64,000 nt of DNA from Paraspadella gotoi. Its lineage: Eukaryota; Animalia; Chaetognatha. This document shows, piece by piece, positions 38,463 through 52,815 of this stretch; the first letter of the stretch is position 1, and each line of letters opens with the position of its first letter. Below the pieces are notes generated by a model that had not been told where the DNA came from, searched no databases, and saw only the letters and a program-made list of their open reading frames with translations. The DNA lies in the NCBI GenBank assembly GCA_051294375.1, contig CM119268.1:20495797-20559796 (forward strand). Direction: 5' to 3'. The translations under genes were made by a program, and so were the position numbers.

Positions 38463-39276
38463 AAAAAAATCACAAAGGCTTCTTCCTCCAGGGCGAAAAT
38501 TTTGGAGACGCAACAATAACAACAACAACAACAACAACAACTGAGGATCGGACTTTCTCAACACTGCCACATCTGCAACACAACTATCATCGCCTTCTCA
38601 CTTCTCAGCACTATCACAATCAAACTCAACAATCACCAATCATCTCTCAAATTTGATCTCACACAAATATAACTACGTCAACATTTCTATTTTCTATCAC
38701 AAAATATCTCTCGAAAAAACATTCAAAGTGTTTGTAATGCAGTTTTCAATCTGACATGATAATGATGTAGCGAGAGCCGATCAAATTCAATTTTTAATGG
38801 GAACAGCAATAAACAAATATTTTTTTTGCCTAAAAGTTCCGAAGCATGAGAAATTCGATATTTTAAATTATTATATTACTATATATACTAAACAGCAGCC
38901 TTGCCAGCAGTAAAATAATAAGAATTTATTATTAAGAGAACTATGGATTTCTTTGCTCCTTGAAGGAAGATAGAAGTTTTCAGAAAGTACCGTTTTTTTT
39001 AAATCAAATTATTTTCCTTCTGGTCAAGAAAAAACAATTCATATATTCCCATTCATAAATAACCTAAGACACAATCCCGTAAACAATGACACAATACAAT
39101 AACCAATAACCACTACCATAGTTCTATAGATTTACAGCCCCCCAGTGCTCCGGCCCAGTGCTCTCCAATAGCCCCCCCACAAACTAAAAACGAAATTTGT
39201 CCCGGGAGCAAAATTTATCCGTTTTTCTCTGTCGTAAATTCCGCATCATCGTCGATGTTGTAAAGGCGGGAGACGG

Positions 39277-39352
<76 letters not shown>

Positions 39353-39750
39353 GAGAGAGAGAGATGAAGAGGAAAGAAAGAAAGCAACAGAGACAACAAG
39401 AGAGATACAAAGAGATACAGAGAGACACACACAGAGAGAGAGATATTGATATCGACATTGAAAGGAGCTTTAGGCTGGTACTTTAAACTGCCCTAAAAAT
39501 CTACCTTATCTTATCATTTGTAAGTATTAACAGTTTTCTTGAGTTTGCATAAATGGTACTGAACAAGTAAAAAATTCTAATTTTCTAGTGGACAAAAGGC
39601 TCTTTCTAACTTAAAATTTAAGCAGACATTTTTTATTGAAAAGTCGATCCCACCCCAACAAGCGTTCTATTGGTGAATAACTAGTATAAACTGTATTAAT
39701 CACAATGTTATTGATAATACTATCAAATAATGTGTTTAAGTAGAGAGTCT

Positions 39751-39916
39751 GTGGGTATTACAAGTGAATTTATTCTTTCGCCAATATTTCAATTCACATA
39801 GCGGAATCATTTTCAAGGCATTTCAATTGAATTGAAATGAAATAGAAATTGAAATATGATTCCGCTATGTGAATTGAAATATTGGCAAAAAAAATAAATG
39901 CACTTGTAATACCCAC
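39751..39916. mobile_element. MITE-like hairpin (~66-bp inverted arms)
   Basis: GTGGGTATTACAAGTG...CACATAGCGGAATCAT pairs with ATGATTCCGCTATGTG...CACTTGTAATACCCAC. A related diverged copy lies at ~35070-35140. Confidence 0.75.
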
Positions 39917-39924
39917 CCAGTATC

Positions 39925-40345
39925 AATATATTTTGTACGTATTCGGTAAGTGGGATCATGCTGACAGCATCCAAGGCAATATTTTGATCTCTATGAATAG
40001 ATAACTTATGAAAGACTTTAATTGCTCGTAATTGTAATTTATCAAATTTTTCCCAGTGATAAGAACCAGCAGATAAAAAACTGGGTGATGAATATAAAAA
40101 CAATGAAACTACTAGTGATGAAAATAGTTGACAACTAATTTAAAAATTATTCCTGTAATATAACGAGAAATTCTATTAATTGCTATATTTTTTGTCTTTG
40201 CTTTAAAAAATAAGTCATTAATATGGGTTGTCATGTAAGTTTCTGGTCAATGTACATCCTAGAAAGTATACTGTGTCACAAACAGGGATTCACTCATTGA
40301 ATAAAAAAGTTTTACATCATATTTTTAAAGAAAGATGCTTTTAAC
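39925..40345 (-). mobile_element. Decayed LINE RT C-terminal fragment related to the 19.5-20.3 kb element
   Basis: Minus strand IPVCDTVYFLGCTLTRNL...KAKTK..AI...FLYSSPSF...WEKFDKLQLRAIKVFHKL parallels LGMVLDNKL...KAKTKIMAI...WSKLEKLQLR. Confidence 0.8.
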
Positions 40346-40901
40346 TTTCTTAATTTTCCAATTCAAAATTTATTTTCATTGATAATTTTTTTCTTTTCTT
40401 GTTCATTGCTTTACCGTTTAACTTCTTTTTCTTTAATTTATATTCTATCATTTTCTTGGTAAATTTCTTTCTATTCTTTTTTCTTTCTTTTTCCTTCTTT
40501 TATTCTTTTTTCTTTCCATTTTTTCTTTTCTTTGCTTTTCCTTTTTTATTTCCTTCCTCTCTTTCCTTCCTCCAACTTCGATTCCTTCGGGATTTCTCGA
40601 GCCGTCGGTTCCGTGATTGTAGTAAAAAGGAAAATCCCCGGACTGCGATTATGTGAAGAATGATATCGATGACAGAGGACGATGACACTGAAGGATGATC
40701 TCAATGACAGAGGACGATGACACTGAAGTTGACAAGACTGACGACGATAAAACTTCCTCCTCACTTGACCTCGCCTTTGATAACTAAATATTTTTAACGA
40801 TTCGCTTCTTATTGTTGGACGAATCTTTAATTTGAATAACTGCAATATGCAAATTGAATTAAATACAGTTTCCTGCAGTAAAAAGAGTGTGAGAGAGAGA
40901 A

Positions 40902-40947
<46 letters not shown>

Positions 40948-41401
40948 ATGGGGTTGGTCGACAATCGACCGAGCCGCGAGACGACCAAAAGGCTTCCCTC
41001 TCTGTCCGCTCCTCTCTCTCTTACACGCCGGTCAAGGTCGGAGGTCATCGCGTCGGTGACTCTCGAAAATGAGCGAGATCCTCTTCCTTTCTCTACCGAC
41101 GGGCGATCGTCGCGGGGTCTAGTGCGAAAGACTCGCGAAAATACCGCTCTGACTCTTTTTCTCTCTCTCTCTCCTACAGTTTTTGCTTTTCTATTTTTTA
41201 TTATTTTCTCGTGATTTTTAAATGTTACAATGTTACAATAATCACATCAAAAATAAAAACTTGAAAAAATATTCATGAGGAAGGATGAATATTTTTAAGT
41301 TGAGATACCTGCAGAAATTTATTTTATAACCAGTCAGCGTCGAGATAGTGGAGAGAAAGTCAACCATATTCCTCAGAGAGAGAGAAAGAAAAGAGAGAAA
41401 A

Positions 41402-41432
<31 letters not shown>

Positions 41433-41689
41433 ACGAGACATAGAAAGAGAGTGAGAGAGCGAGAGGTGACATAAAACGCGACTCGCCTTACCAAGAGGGA
41501 CTAAACATTGTTCCTTTTTAGTCCGAGTTGAGTTATGGTGACAACAATGGGGAGAAGGAAGAGAAAGTAGAGGAAGAGGAAGAAGAAAATTAAAAGACGA
41601 AGAGGATCGAAGGAAAAAAGTCTGACATTGAAAACTTGATAAATGAGAAGAAAACAAGGATTTGGAGAAAAAAATGGAATTTTCTCAAA

Positions 41690-41747
<58 letters not shown>

Positions 41748-42036
41748 ACAGGAGGTAGATAATAATATATAAATATAATATTAAATTGAAATAAAAATTA
41801 TCCATTCAGTCAATAAAGATTATGCTACGATACGTATGTCGAGATGTGCTATTGTTATGATTAATTGATTATAATATATGTATATTATATAGTGCGTTTA
41901 TTTTCTCTCTTTCGAACATATTGATATTCACATACACATAATTTTTTAAAATCTAGCTTCATTTTTATGGTATAATTGAATTGTATTAAATGTATTAATT
42001 GTATTTGAATTGTATTAATTGTGTTTGAATTGTATT

Positions 42037-42160
42037 AAAGGCCGATGAAGGCTTGAAAGTCAAGCCGAAACAAGTCCGTTTTTATAAAAAAATAAAATCG
42101 TTGTACGAACTCAAATTTTGCTAATTCCTAATACAGTTTGATTTTTATAAAAAAGGATTT
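42037..42160 (+). ncRNA. Degenerate hammerhead motif plus pLTR tail
   Basis: CCGATGA (U4->C) + A + 7-bp stem II GGCTTGA/TCAAGCC + GAAAC-AA-GTC-CGTTT. Downstream AATAAAATCGTT...AAAGGATT is shared with the family. Confidence 0.62.
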
Positions 42161-43009
42161 TCAGCTCGATCTATTTTTAAAGTCGTTCCGCATTTGACAG
42201 AATGACTAGTATCAATTAAGCGATGCGAACTTGTTTGTCTGGTTTCTTTTGAATGTTTAACGATTTGAGCTTAATTTTGGCGTAGGTAATTTATGCTTGA
42301 TGGCGTTAAAACGTCTTCTTGATGGCGCTACGTCAACCTATTGTTGGCGAGACGGTTTTATAGCACAACAGCGTCAAAGCAGTGGATTCCGAATCACAGT
42401 TTTCATTTCTTTAAATATTTTCTCTTTTGTCCGACGTCGATAAAAAATAAAAACAGAAAAAAAAAATTCAATAAAAAAAAAAACGTTTCGCTCAGATGCC
42501 ACCGCGCCGCCGCCGCGCCGCCGCCGCCGCCGCAAGCCGCCGCCGCCGCCAGCCGCCGCCGCCGCACCGCCGCCGCCGCCGCCGCCGTCCGTCTCCCGAC
42601 AGAGGGTGCAGCGAGGAGAGGAGGAACAAATGGCTAACGAGGAGGAGAATCGTTAACGGGCAAAGGCGCCAACACAAATCATAAGCCATAGGGAAGGGTG
42701 GGAAGGGGATGCGAAGGGGATGGAATTGGGCATGGGGAAGGGATGGACGATTGGGAAGGGGAAGGGGATCGGAGATTGGGATGAGGAAGGGATGGAGATT
42801 GGAAGGGCGGAAGGGGAATGAGATTTGGGAATGGGGAAGGGGAATGGAGAAATTGGGGGTATTTGGGGAAGGATGGAGTTGGGAATGGGAAGATGGAATG
42901 ATGGGACTAAAATTGATGGAAAAAGATGAATGAAAAAGGGAAAGCGGATGTTTGGGACAAAGAAGTTGGATAAAGATTTTGAGTTGGTGGAGGGAAGAAT
43001 GACGGCGAC

Positions 43010-43990
43010 GAAGGCGAAGCGATAGGGAACGATTGGAAAAGACGATGGAGACCGCGATGATAAACGAGGAGGAAGCAATGGAGGAAGCGATATGGACATG
43101 CGTTGGAGAACGCGATAGGAAAGCGATAGTGAAACGATATTAAATCGATGGTAACAACATAATTAAATTTGATGGGGAAGCGATAGGAAGCGAGGAGGAA
43201 GCCAGAGAGGAAGCGATATAAAGCGATGGTAAAAACGATATTAAAGTGGATTGGGAAGCGATAGGAAAGCGAGGAGGAAGCGAGGAGAAAGCAATTATTA
43301 AAGCAATGGTAAACGATATTAAAGCGATGGGAAAGCGATAGAAGCGCATGGTAAAACAATATTAAAGCGACAGGGAAGCAGTAGAAAGCGAGAGGAAGAG
43401 AGGAGGGAAGCGATAATTAAAGCGATGGTAAAATGATATTAAAGCGATGGGGCAGCGATAGGAAGCGATTGTAAATGATATTAAAGCAACTTGGGAAAGC
43501 GCTAAAAAAGCGAGGAGGAAGTGAGGAAGGAAGCAATATTAAGCAATGGTAATGCTATAAAGCAATGGGGGAGCGATAAGAAAGCAATGGTAAAAACGAT
43601 ATTGAAAGTGATGGGGAAGCGATAGGTTTTAAAGCGATGGGGTAAAACGATATTCAAAAGCGATTGGGAAGCAATAGGAACGCGATGGTAAAACGATATT
43701 AAAGCGATTGGGACAGCGATAGGAAAGCGATGGTAAAACATAATTAAAGCGATGGGGAAGCGATAGAAAGCGATGGTAACGATATTAAAGCGATTGGGAA
43801 GCAATAGAAAGCGATGGTAAAACGTATTAAGCGATTGGGAAAGCGAATAGGAAAGCGATGGTAAAACGATATTAAAGCGATGGGGAAGCGATAAGGAACG
43901 CCCGAGGAGGAAGCGAGGAGGAAGAGATATTAAAGCGATGGTTAAAGATATTAAGCGATGGGGAAGCGATAAGGAAAGGCGATGGAACGC
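43010..43990. repeat. Minisatellite built on AAGCGAT (e.g. AAAGCGATGGTAAAACGATATTAAAGCGATGGGGAAGCGATAGG); second copy 49930-50800
   Basis: Dozens of AAGCGAT(GG/AG/AT) subunits. Confidence 0.9.
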
Positions 43991-44930
43991 GAGAGAGAAA
44001 AGTCGTCGGTCGGATTGGCGAAAATGAGCGCAGTTGTGCGCTGAAGGCGACGACGTTGGGGTGAGGCGTGGGGGTTGAGAAAGATGGTGGGGTGGGAGCG
44101 TGGCGGGGTTTGAAGGTCGAGGTGGTAAGGGGAGGGGGCCGGGGTGGGCGGTCAAAAAATAAAGTAAAATAAAAGAAAAATCTAACAATGAAATTTCTTA
44201 AAAACTTTGATGAAAATTCGTTTTATAGAATAACAAAATTTCTTCTTTAACCTAATCTTAAGGGATCTTAGATTTTAAAATATTTTAAATATATATTATT
44301 GTTTTATTTCTTTCGTTCTTTTCGTAGGTAGCATAAAGAAAGTTTTTATTTTATTTTCAGACCTAACATGCCTTGACCGGTATCACCGTCACCAACTCTC
44401 TTTTGTCTGGAGGGGGGGGCTGCTCTTTTTTGGCTCTTTCTTCACCTTGAGTTTTCACTTTTTTCTTACCCGATACTTTAATTTAGTTTTTCACCTTTCC
44501 ATTTTTCAAATTATTTTATCTGTAGAATTTTAATTTATCTCAGTTTAATGGTTAATCTCACAGTTTATACAATTTAACATCTGTTATTTTCTTAACCATT
44601 AAACAAATTGTAACTTCATTGATAGTTGGCTAAAATTTTAATTCTTTTCCCCTTTTTCTTCAGCCTTTAACTCTCCTTAATCTGTCCTTCGATTCTTACT
44701 CTCTTTTCTAAATTCTATGTGGAAACTTTCCTATCTCTCTCTCTCTCTCTCTCTCGCTTCTCTCTCTCTTGCTTTCTCTTCTCTCTCTTGTCTCTCTCTC
44801 CTGTCTGCTCTCTCCTCTCTCTCTCTCTCTCTCCTCTCCTCTCTCTCTCTCTCTACTTCCTCTCTCTTCTCTCTCCTCTCTCACCATTACTTTTTTGGAA
44901 GAAATCTGTGAGAGTTTTTCAAACAATTTC

Positions 44931-44972
44931 GCGCTGATGAAGGCTCACAATATAGGCGAAACATATCCGTTT
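44931..44972 (+). ncRNA. Degenerate hammerhead motif (duplicated at 51773-51814)
   Basis: GCG-CTGATGA-A-GGCT-CACAATAT-AGGC-GAAAC-AT-ATC-CGT. Stem I GCG/CGT pairs, while stems II and III each carry one mismatch. Confidence 0.6.
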
Positions 44973-45415
44973 TTTCATGTTAATTAAAATTAATTAAATC
45001 AATTAAAATTAATTGAAATAAAGAAAAATTCCTTTAATATATTTTAATAAGATTGATGCAGTATATTTCTATTTCTATTTTTTACTATCTAATAATAGTA
45101 TTTTTGGGGAGGTTGTTTAGTATTGTCTTCAGTCTTCTGTCTTTTTCCTTTCGGTTTTTTTATTGTGTTAGAACATTTTTATATTTTATTACGTAGATTG
45201 TCTATTATCCATAATATATAACTTACATTAACATCTACATTTCTCATCTTAAACTATATAAAATACAGCACTTTTCATTTTATCGACTTTTATTATTCTA
45301 TTTATCCCAATAATTAATTATATTATTATTTTTACTCTTTTCTAATTCTTCATCTAATCCAGTTACCACCTCTCCTTCCGTATTTCTTTTTCCTCCCTTC
45401 TCTCTCTCTCTCTCA

Positions 45416-45447
<32 letters not shown>

Positions 45448-45852
45448 TCTCTCTCTCTCTCTCTTCTCTCTCTCTTTATCTCTCTCTCTTCTCTCTCTCT
45501 CTCCTCTCCTCTCCTTCTTCTCTCCCGCTTCGCTCTTCTCTCTCTTTCTTCATCTCTCTTTTTTCCCCCACTACGACCCGGCTGAGCTCATACCTGCAGA
45601 TCATGATGTATCGAAGGTTTTTTCCCTCGTTTCTGCTTCGTAGTGAGGATTGTCGTTTCAAGCTGAGTTCCCTGTAGTCGTGGAAAATTTTAAGTAGTAA
45701 AGCAACAAAAAGTTTAGGCTATTTGATTAAAAAAGTTGCTAATTACCGGTATTAGACCATATTCCTATAATGAGACTATTTTTATTAATCGTAGAAAAAT
45801 GGACTATAGTTCTCTCTCTCTTTTTCTATCCTTCAATCTTATCCAATTAAAC

Positions 45853-45939
<87 letters not shown>

Positions 45940-46994
45940 TTTCTTTATCCCTGACATCTGTTGGTGACCAAATCACACGAAGATTTATTAATTAGATTTT
46001 CGCGAACATTAAACGTTCCACTTTCTCACGTGGAATTCTTTTTTCCATTCAAAAAGGTTAAGCACGCCAACGTAGATCACGATGCTGATGTGATGAACGG
46101 GAAAAAGTCTAAGCAGCGGCTGGCGATTTCTCATTCATTCATTCATTCATTCATTCATTTATTTTATTCATTTCTTTCATTCATTACATTCATTCATTCT
46201 TCATCATTCATTCTTTCATTCATTCTTCATTCATTCTTTCATTCATTCTTTCATTCATTCTTTCATTCATTCATTCTTCATTTAGCTTTCAATGACCTTG
46301 ATTTATCATTAATATTATCATGATAACGCTTTTCATTTTATCACGTAATTTTCTTCGTGTTTTTTCGCCAAATGTGTTTCTTTATTAGCGCATTTGTTCA
46401 CAGCGTTGGTGGCGCCATCTCTGGTAGCGCCATCTCTTCCTCGCGTCTCTATCTTCCTCCTTTCGAAATATCTCAATGTCTTCAACTCTTTCCTCTAATT
46501 TTTCTTTTGTATTCATTTTACTTTTCTCTCTTTTTTACTTTCACATTTGTGAATTTAACTTTTCACTTTCACTCAAGTTCTCTTACACTTTTGTGAGTGT
46601 CTCACGAACCCAACAATTTCAGCCGACAACATTGAATCGACGACAACGAGGACAAACGACAACAAAAACGATGACAACAACGACAAAGGCGCCACGAAGA
46701 TAGACCGCTAACGTAAAGGAGAGAAAAGATGTAATAACGACAACAAAGACGCGTGAGATTTTACGAGAAAGAAAATGTAATTAAATATAAACAAATTTTT
46801 AAAATTTTTTTAGTTGTAAATATTATAATCTGATTGTAAATTCCCGAGAAACGAGATTTAAAAATTTAAAAAAAAGTTTAAAGTTATTTACTAGTGACTA
46901 TATTAAACTTTTTAGATATTATAATAAAAGAAAGTAGTAGATGATTACTAATTTGTTCTTCTTTCCACTGAAGAGACAGTAATTATTGATAAGT

Positions 46995-47162
46995 GTTAAT
47001 GACAGAACCGTCCCATATCATCATAACTAAGCTTCGGATCGGCTGTAACGCCATGTGACAGACGGGTTAAGCGCCCGTCCTCTTTACTGCCAGACGACAA
47101 CCGGCTAGAACCCCGGACCTTTGGTTGGAGGTTGAATGACTTGCCTCCGGCACCAATGGGCG
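46995..47162 (-). mobile_element. tRNA-derived SINE-like sequence (duplicated at ~53920-54092)
   Basis: The minus-strand head (second copy) GCCATTGGTGCCGGAGGCAAGTCATTCACCTCCCAACCCAAAGGTCCGGGGTTCTAGCCCGG has a B-box-like GGTTCTAGCCC and resembles tRNA-Gly(CCC). A non-tRNA body follows. Confidence 0.55.
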
Positions 47163-47903
47163 GTTGGTGGATTTTTAGTCCACCATACCACCATAATTGA
47201 CGGAAGAATGTTAGATTCTTATCGAAACCCTGATAACAGCATTTCCGCTTTGACTTACGAAGAAATGTATTTTTAGAGAAGAGAGAGAGAGAAGAGAGAG
47301 AAGAAGAGAGAGAGAGAGGAGAGAGGAGAGAGAGAAGAGAGATGAAATAAAGCGAGGAAAGCAGAGAAGGTTGCGCTGTTCAAGGGACTGAGCACTATAT
47401 AAATGGTCTGTTTTTTTTGGGGGAGATAAGAAGTAGGTATTAAGGGGTAAGGTATAAGGGGGGTAAAAAAGAAGAAGCTAAGTATAAGGGGTAAGGGGTA
47501 AAAATATAAGGGGTAAGGGGTAAAAGGAGATAAGAAGTAAGGTATAAGGGGTAAGGGGTAAAAAGTTGTAAAATTACTGAAGTTAATCCAGGTTTGTCCG
47601 CTTAATAAAATTGCTTCAAATACTCATTTATGTTATATTTGCAACGTAAAATTTAAACTGGAAAGAATATGTGGAGGTTTTGATTTAATGGTTGTTCCAA
47701 AGTTATACCGCATATAAAAAGTGGCGGCTAATGGTGGGTGGTGGACCCGCGTGGTGGTACATCCCCGTCGTCAATCAAATAACTATTTGGGGATGTTGTG
47801 GCTGCCCCGAACTCTGATCCCTTTTTCATGTTGGTATCGGAAACAGATAACACGCGGACCAGCATAACTAACGCCATTACAACCGGAAGAGAGAAGGAGA
47901 GAC

Positions 47904-47966
<63 letters not shown>

Positions 47967-48254
47967 GAAGAAGCGAGGAAGAGGCGGAATGACATCACAG
48001 AACTAGGAAGATATATGGTGTTGAGTGAGAGCGAGGGAAAAAAACAGGAGGGGATTTTGAAGAAATGATAAGAATTAAGAAAGAAGAAGAGATAAAAAAA
48101 AAAGAAGTTAGAAGGAATATTACGTCAACCTTGATTATTGGGGATGAGTAAAAAAAAAAAATTTAGAAAAAAGGAAAAGGGATTAGGAAATCATTGAAAA
48201 AAGGAAAAAAAGAAGTGCAATAGTAAGGAAGGGAATTGAGACCGGCTTTTTGCT

Positions 48255-48740
48255 ACGTGGTGAGTGTCGGCACTAGATACCAACATTGGTTTGAATGTGG
48301 AGATCCAAAGTGCCAAATTTAAATGAGTGTCGGCAATTAAGACGCCAATGTTGGTATGTATGTGAGCATTCCTATCTGCCAAATTAAAGCGAGTGTCGGA
48401 ATTGAAGGTGCGCAACGTTTGGCAGAATATGACATCCCAAAGAGCCAATTTTAAGCAAACGACGACATTCAGAGGCCAATTTTGGTAGGCGCCAGTAATT
48501 GGGCTTGCGGTACTATGTTGGCATGATTAAATTCAAAGGAGTGTCTGCATCATAGGAACCAATGTTGATACGAAGTTGGCATCAAGGGAGACAATAATTA
48601 AACATAGAAATGTGGGGAGAAAAAAACTGACAGAGCAAAAAGTTAGCAAGAATGTTGGCATTTAGAACTACAATGTTGTGCACAAAACGTGGCATCCAAA
48701 GCGCCAATGTTGGGATGAGCGTCGGCAACCAAAAAAGTGA
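48255..48740 (+). repeat. Degenerate ~33-bp tandem repeat (GCCAATGTTGGCACAAACGTGGGCATCCAAAGC-like); second copy 55180-55660
   Basis: In the second copy the GCCAA/ACCAA marker falls at 55202, 55235, 55267, 55300, 55332, 55365 and 55397. Confidence 0.8.
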
Positions 48741-49194
48741 ACGTCGACACGATCTGACTAACGGAATAGTGATGGCATCAAAGGGAGAAGAGATCGAGGA
48801 AAATGCAGAACCAATGTTTATCGATCATCGTCAGTGCGCTGAGGCGGTGGTGAGGGTGGTGGAGGTGGGAAGGGGTTAAGGGGGGGGGGCGGCGAATTCC
48901 GAGAGAAGGGCGGAAGATGCGACAGCTGAAGCAGACGACGCAAGACGATGCAGCTGAAGCAGACGACGCAGCGGACGCAGCCAAAGCTGACGACGCCAGC
49001 CAGGGCAGACGACGAAGCTGACGGCTTTAACTTTTTTAATCCACCGTCACCACCGATTTTCGACACGTCACTTTTAACGCCAATTTTTTTTGTTTCACTA
49101 AATACTTTTTGAGAGTTCGGTATTTGTCAGGTGGCGATTGTTGATTCGTGAATGAAAAAAAAAATATTTTAATGGTTAATTTTAAGCATTTGGT

Positions 49195-49290
49195 GTATTT
49201 ATTCCTTTCTTTTCGTTGGTTTTTTCACGATCAAACTTTCACTTGGCTCTGATGAATCTAACACATGGCCGAAAAATATACGTTTAATAA
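49195..49290 (+). ncRNA. Strongly decayed hammerhead/pLTR remnant (duplicated at ~56115-56210)
   Basis: CTGATGAA...GGCCGAAAAATATACGTTT, preceded by TATTCCTTTCTTTTCGTTG, which is the reverse complement of the family tail. Stem II is lost. Confidence 0.4.
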
Positions 49291-51594
49291 TTAAACTGTA
49301 TTTTCGTTGAAACAAAGTAAAAATTGTTTGACTTTTAAAAAAACAAAGTGTAATAAAAAACTTGTTACAGAACTTTCACGCGCACGAAGCCTTAAAAAAT
49401 TATANNNNNNNNNNNNNNNNNNNNNNNNNCCGCCGCCGCCGCCGCCGCCGTCGTCTCCCGACAGAGGGTGCAGCGGAGGGAGGAGGAACAAATGGCTAAC
49501 GAGAGGAGAAGTCGTAACCGGGAAAAGGCGCCAACACAAATCATAAGCCATAGGGAAAGGGTGGGAAGGGGATGGAGAAGGGGATGGANNNNNNNNNNNN
49601 NNNNNNNNNNNNNNNNNNNNNNNNNNNNNNNNNNNNNNNNNNNNNNNNNNNNNNNNNNNNNNNNNNNNNNNNNNNNNNNNNNNNNNNNNNNNNNNNNNNN
49701 NNNNNNNNNNNNNNNNNNNNNNNNNNNNNNNNNNNNNNNNNNNNNNNNNNNNNNNNNNNNNNNNNNNNNNNNNNNNNNNNNNNNNNNNNNNNNAAGGGGA
49801 TGGAGATTGGGATGGGGAAGATGGAATGATGGATAAAATGATGGAAAAAGATGATGAAAAAGGGAAGAGGATGTTTGGGACAAAGAAGTTGATAAAGATT
49901 TTGAGTTGGTGAGGAAGATGACGGCGACGAAGGCGAAGCGATAGGGAAGCGATGGGAAAGCGATGGGAACGCGATTGATAAGCGAGGAGGAAGCATGGAG
50001 GAAGCGATATGGATGCGTTGGAGAAGCGATAGGAAAGCGATAGTGAAACGATATTAAATCGATGGTAAAACGATATTAAATTTGATGGGGAAGCGATAGG
50101 AAAGCGAGGAGGAAGCGAGGAGGAAGCGATATTAAAGCGATGGTAAAACGATATTAAAGTGATTGGGAAGCGATAGGAAAGCGAGGAGGAAGCGAGGAGA
50201 AAGCAATATTAAAGCAATGGTAAAACGATATTAAAGCGATGGGAAAGCGATAGGAAAGCGATGGTAAAACAATATTAAAGCGACAGGGAAGCAGTAGGAA
50301 AGCGAGGAGGAAGAGAGGAGGAAGCGATATTAAAGCGATGGTAAAATGATATTAAAGCGATGGGGAAGCGATAGGAAAGCGATTGTAAAATGATATTAAA
50401 GCAATTGGGAAGCGATAGAAAAGCGAGGAGGAAGCGAGGAGGAAGCAATATTAAAGCAATGGTAAAATGATATTAAAGCAATGGGGAAGCGATAAGAAAG
50501 CAATGGTAAAACGATATTAAAGTGATGGGGAAGCGATAGGAAAGCGATGGTAAAACGATATTANNNNNNNNNNNNNNNNNNNNNNNNNNNNNNNNNNNNN
50601 NNNNNNNNNNNNNNNNNNNNNNNNNNNNNNNNNNNNNNNNNNNNNNNNNNNNNNNNNNNNNNNNNNNNNNNNNNNNNNNNNNNNNNNNNNNNNNNNNNNN
50701 NNNNNNNNNNNNNNNNNNNNNNNNNNNNNNNNNNNNNNNNNNNNNNNNNNNNNNNNNNNNNNNNNNNNNNNNNNNNNNNNNNNNNTAGGAAAGCGATGGA
50801 GCGAGAGAGAAACGTCGTCGCGTCGATGGCGAAAATGAGCGCAGTTGTGCGGCTGAGGCGACGACGTTGGGGTGAGGGTGGGGGTTGAGAAAGATGGTGG
50901 GGAGGTGGCGGGGTTTGAAGGTGAGGTGGTAGGGGAGGGGGCCGGGGTGGCGTCAAAAAAATAAAGTAAAATAAAAGAAAAAAATCTAACATGAAATTTC
51001 TTTAAAAAATTTGATGAAAATTCGTTTTATAGAAATAACAAAATTTCTTCTTTCACTAATCTTAAGATCTTAGATTTTAAAATATTTTAAATATATATTA
51101 TTGTTTTATTTCTTTCGTTTCTTTTCGTAGGTAGCATTAAAGGAAAAGTTTTTTATTTTTATTTCAAGACCTATGACATGCCCTTGACCCGGTATCATCG
51201 TCACCAACTCTCTTTTGTCTGGAGGGGGGGGGCAGCTCTTTTTTGAGCTCTTTCTTCACCTTGAGTTTCACTTTTTCTTACCCGATTACTTTATTTCATT
51301 TTTCACCTTTCATTTTCCAATTAATTTTATCATGTAGAATTTAATTTATCTCAGTTAATGGTTAATCTCACAGTTTATACAAATTTAACATTGTTATTTT
51401 CTTAAACATTAAACAAATGTACTTCATTGTAGTTGGCTAAAATTTAATTTCTCTTTCCCTCTTTTTCTTCCAGCCTTTACTCTCCTTAATCTGTCCTCGA
51501 TCTCTTACTCTCCTTTTCTAAATTCTATGTTGGAAAACTTTTCCTATCTCTCTCTCTCTCTCTCTCTCGCTTTCTCTCTCTCTTGCTTTCTCTC

Positions 51595-51729
<135 letters not shown>

Positions 51730-52259
51730 TACTTTTTGGAAGAAATCTGTGAGAGTTTTCAAAACAAATTTCGCGCTGATGAAGGCTCACAATATAGGCG
51801 AAACATATCCGTTTTTTCATGTTAATTAAAATTAATTAAAATCAATTAAAATTAATTGAAATAAAGAAAATTCCTTTAATATATTTTATAAGATTGTATG
51901 CAGTATATTTCTATTTCTATTTTTTACTATCTAATAATAGTATTTTTGGGGGAGGATGTTAGTATTGTCTTCAGTCTTCTGTCTTTTTCCTTTCGTTTTT
52001 TTATTGTGTTAGAACATTTTATATTTTATTACGTAGATTGTCTATTATCCATAATATATTAACTTACATTAACATCTACATTTCTCCATCTTAAACTATA
52101 TAAAATACAGCACTTTTCATTTTATCGACTTTTATTATTCCTATTTATCCCTAATAATTAATTATATTATTATTTTTACTCTTTTTCTATTCTTCAATCT
52201 TATCCAGTTACCACCTCTCCTTCCGTATTTCTTTTCCTCCCTTCTCTCTCTCTCTCTCA

Positions 52260-52291
<32 letters not shown>

Positions 52292-52689
52292 TCTCTCTCT
52301 CTCTCTCTTCTCTCTCTCTTCTCTCTCTCTTCTCTCTCTCTCTCCTCTCCTCTCCTTCTCTCTCCCCTTCTCTTCTCTCTCTTCTTCATCTCTCTTTTTT
52401 CCCCCACTACGACCGGCTGAGCTCATTACCTGCAGATCATGATGTATCGAAGGTTTTTTCCCTCGTTTCTGCTTCGTAGTGAGGATTGTCGTTTCAAGCT
52501 GAGTTCCCTGTAGTCGTGGAAAATTTTAAGTAGTAAAGCAACAAAAAGTTTAGGCTATTTGATTAAAAAAGTTGCTAATTACCGGTATTAGACCATATTC
52601 CTATAATGAGACTATTTTTATTAATCGTAGAAAAATGGACTATAGTTCTCTCTCTCTCTTTTTCTATTCCTCAATCTTATCCAATTAAC

Positions 52690-52815
<126 letters not shown>

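Noticed and set aside
46405-46440. Tandem GCGCCATCTC as CTCF/YY1-like sites
   Set aside because: Only partial consensus, and the two assembly copies disagree at the key positions.
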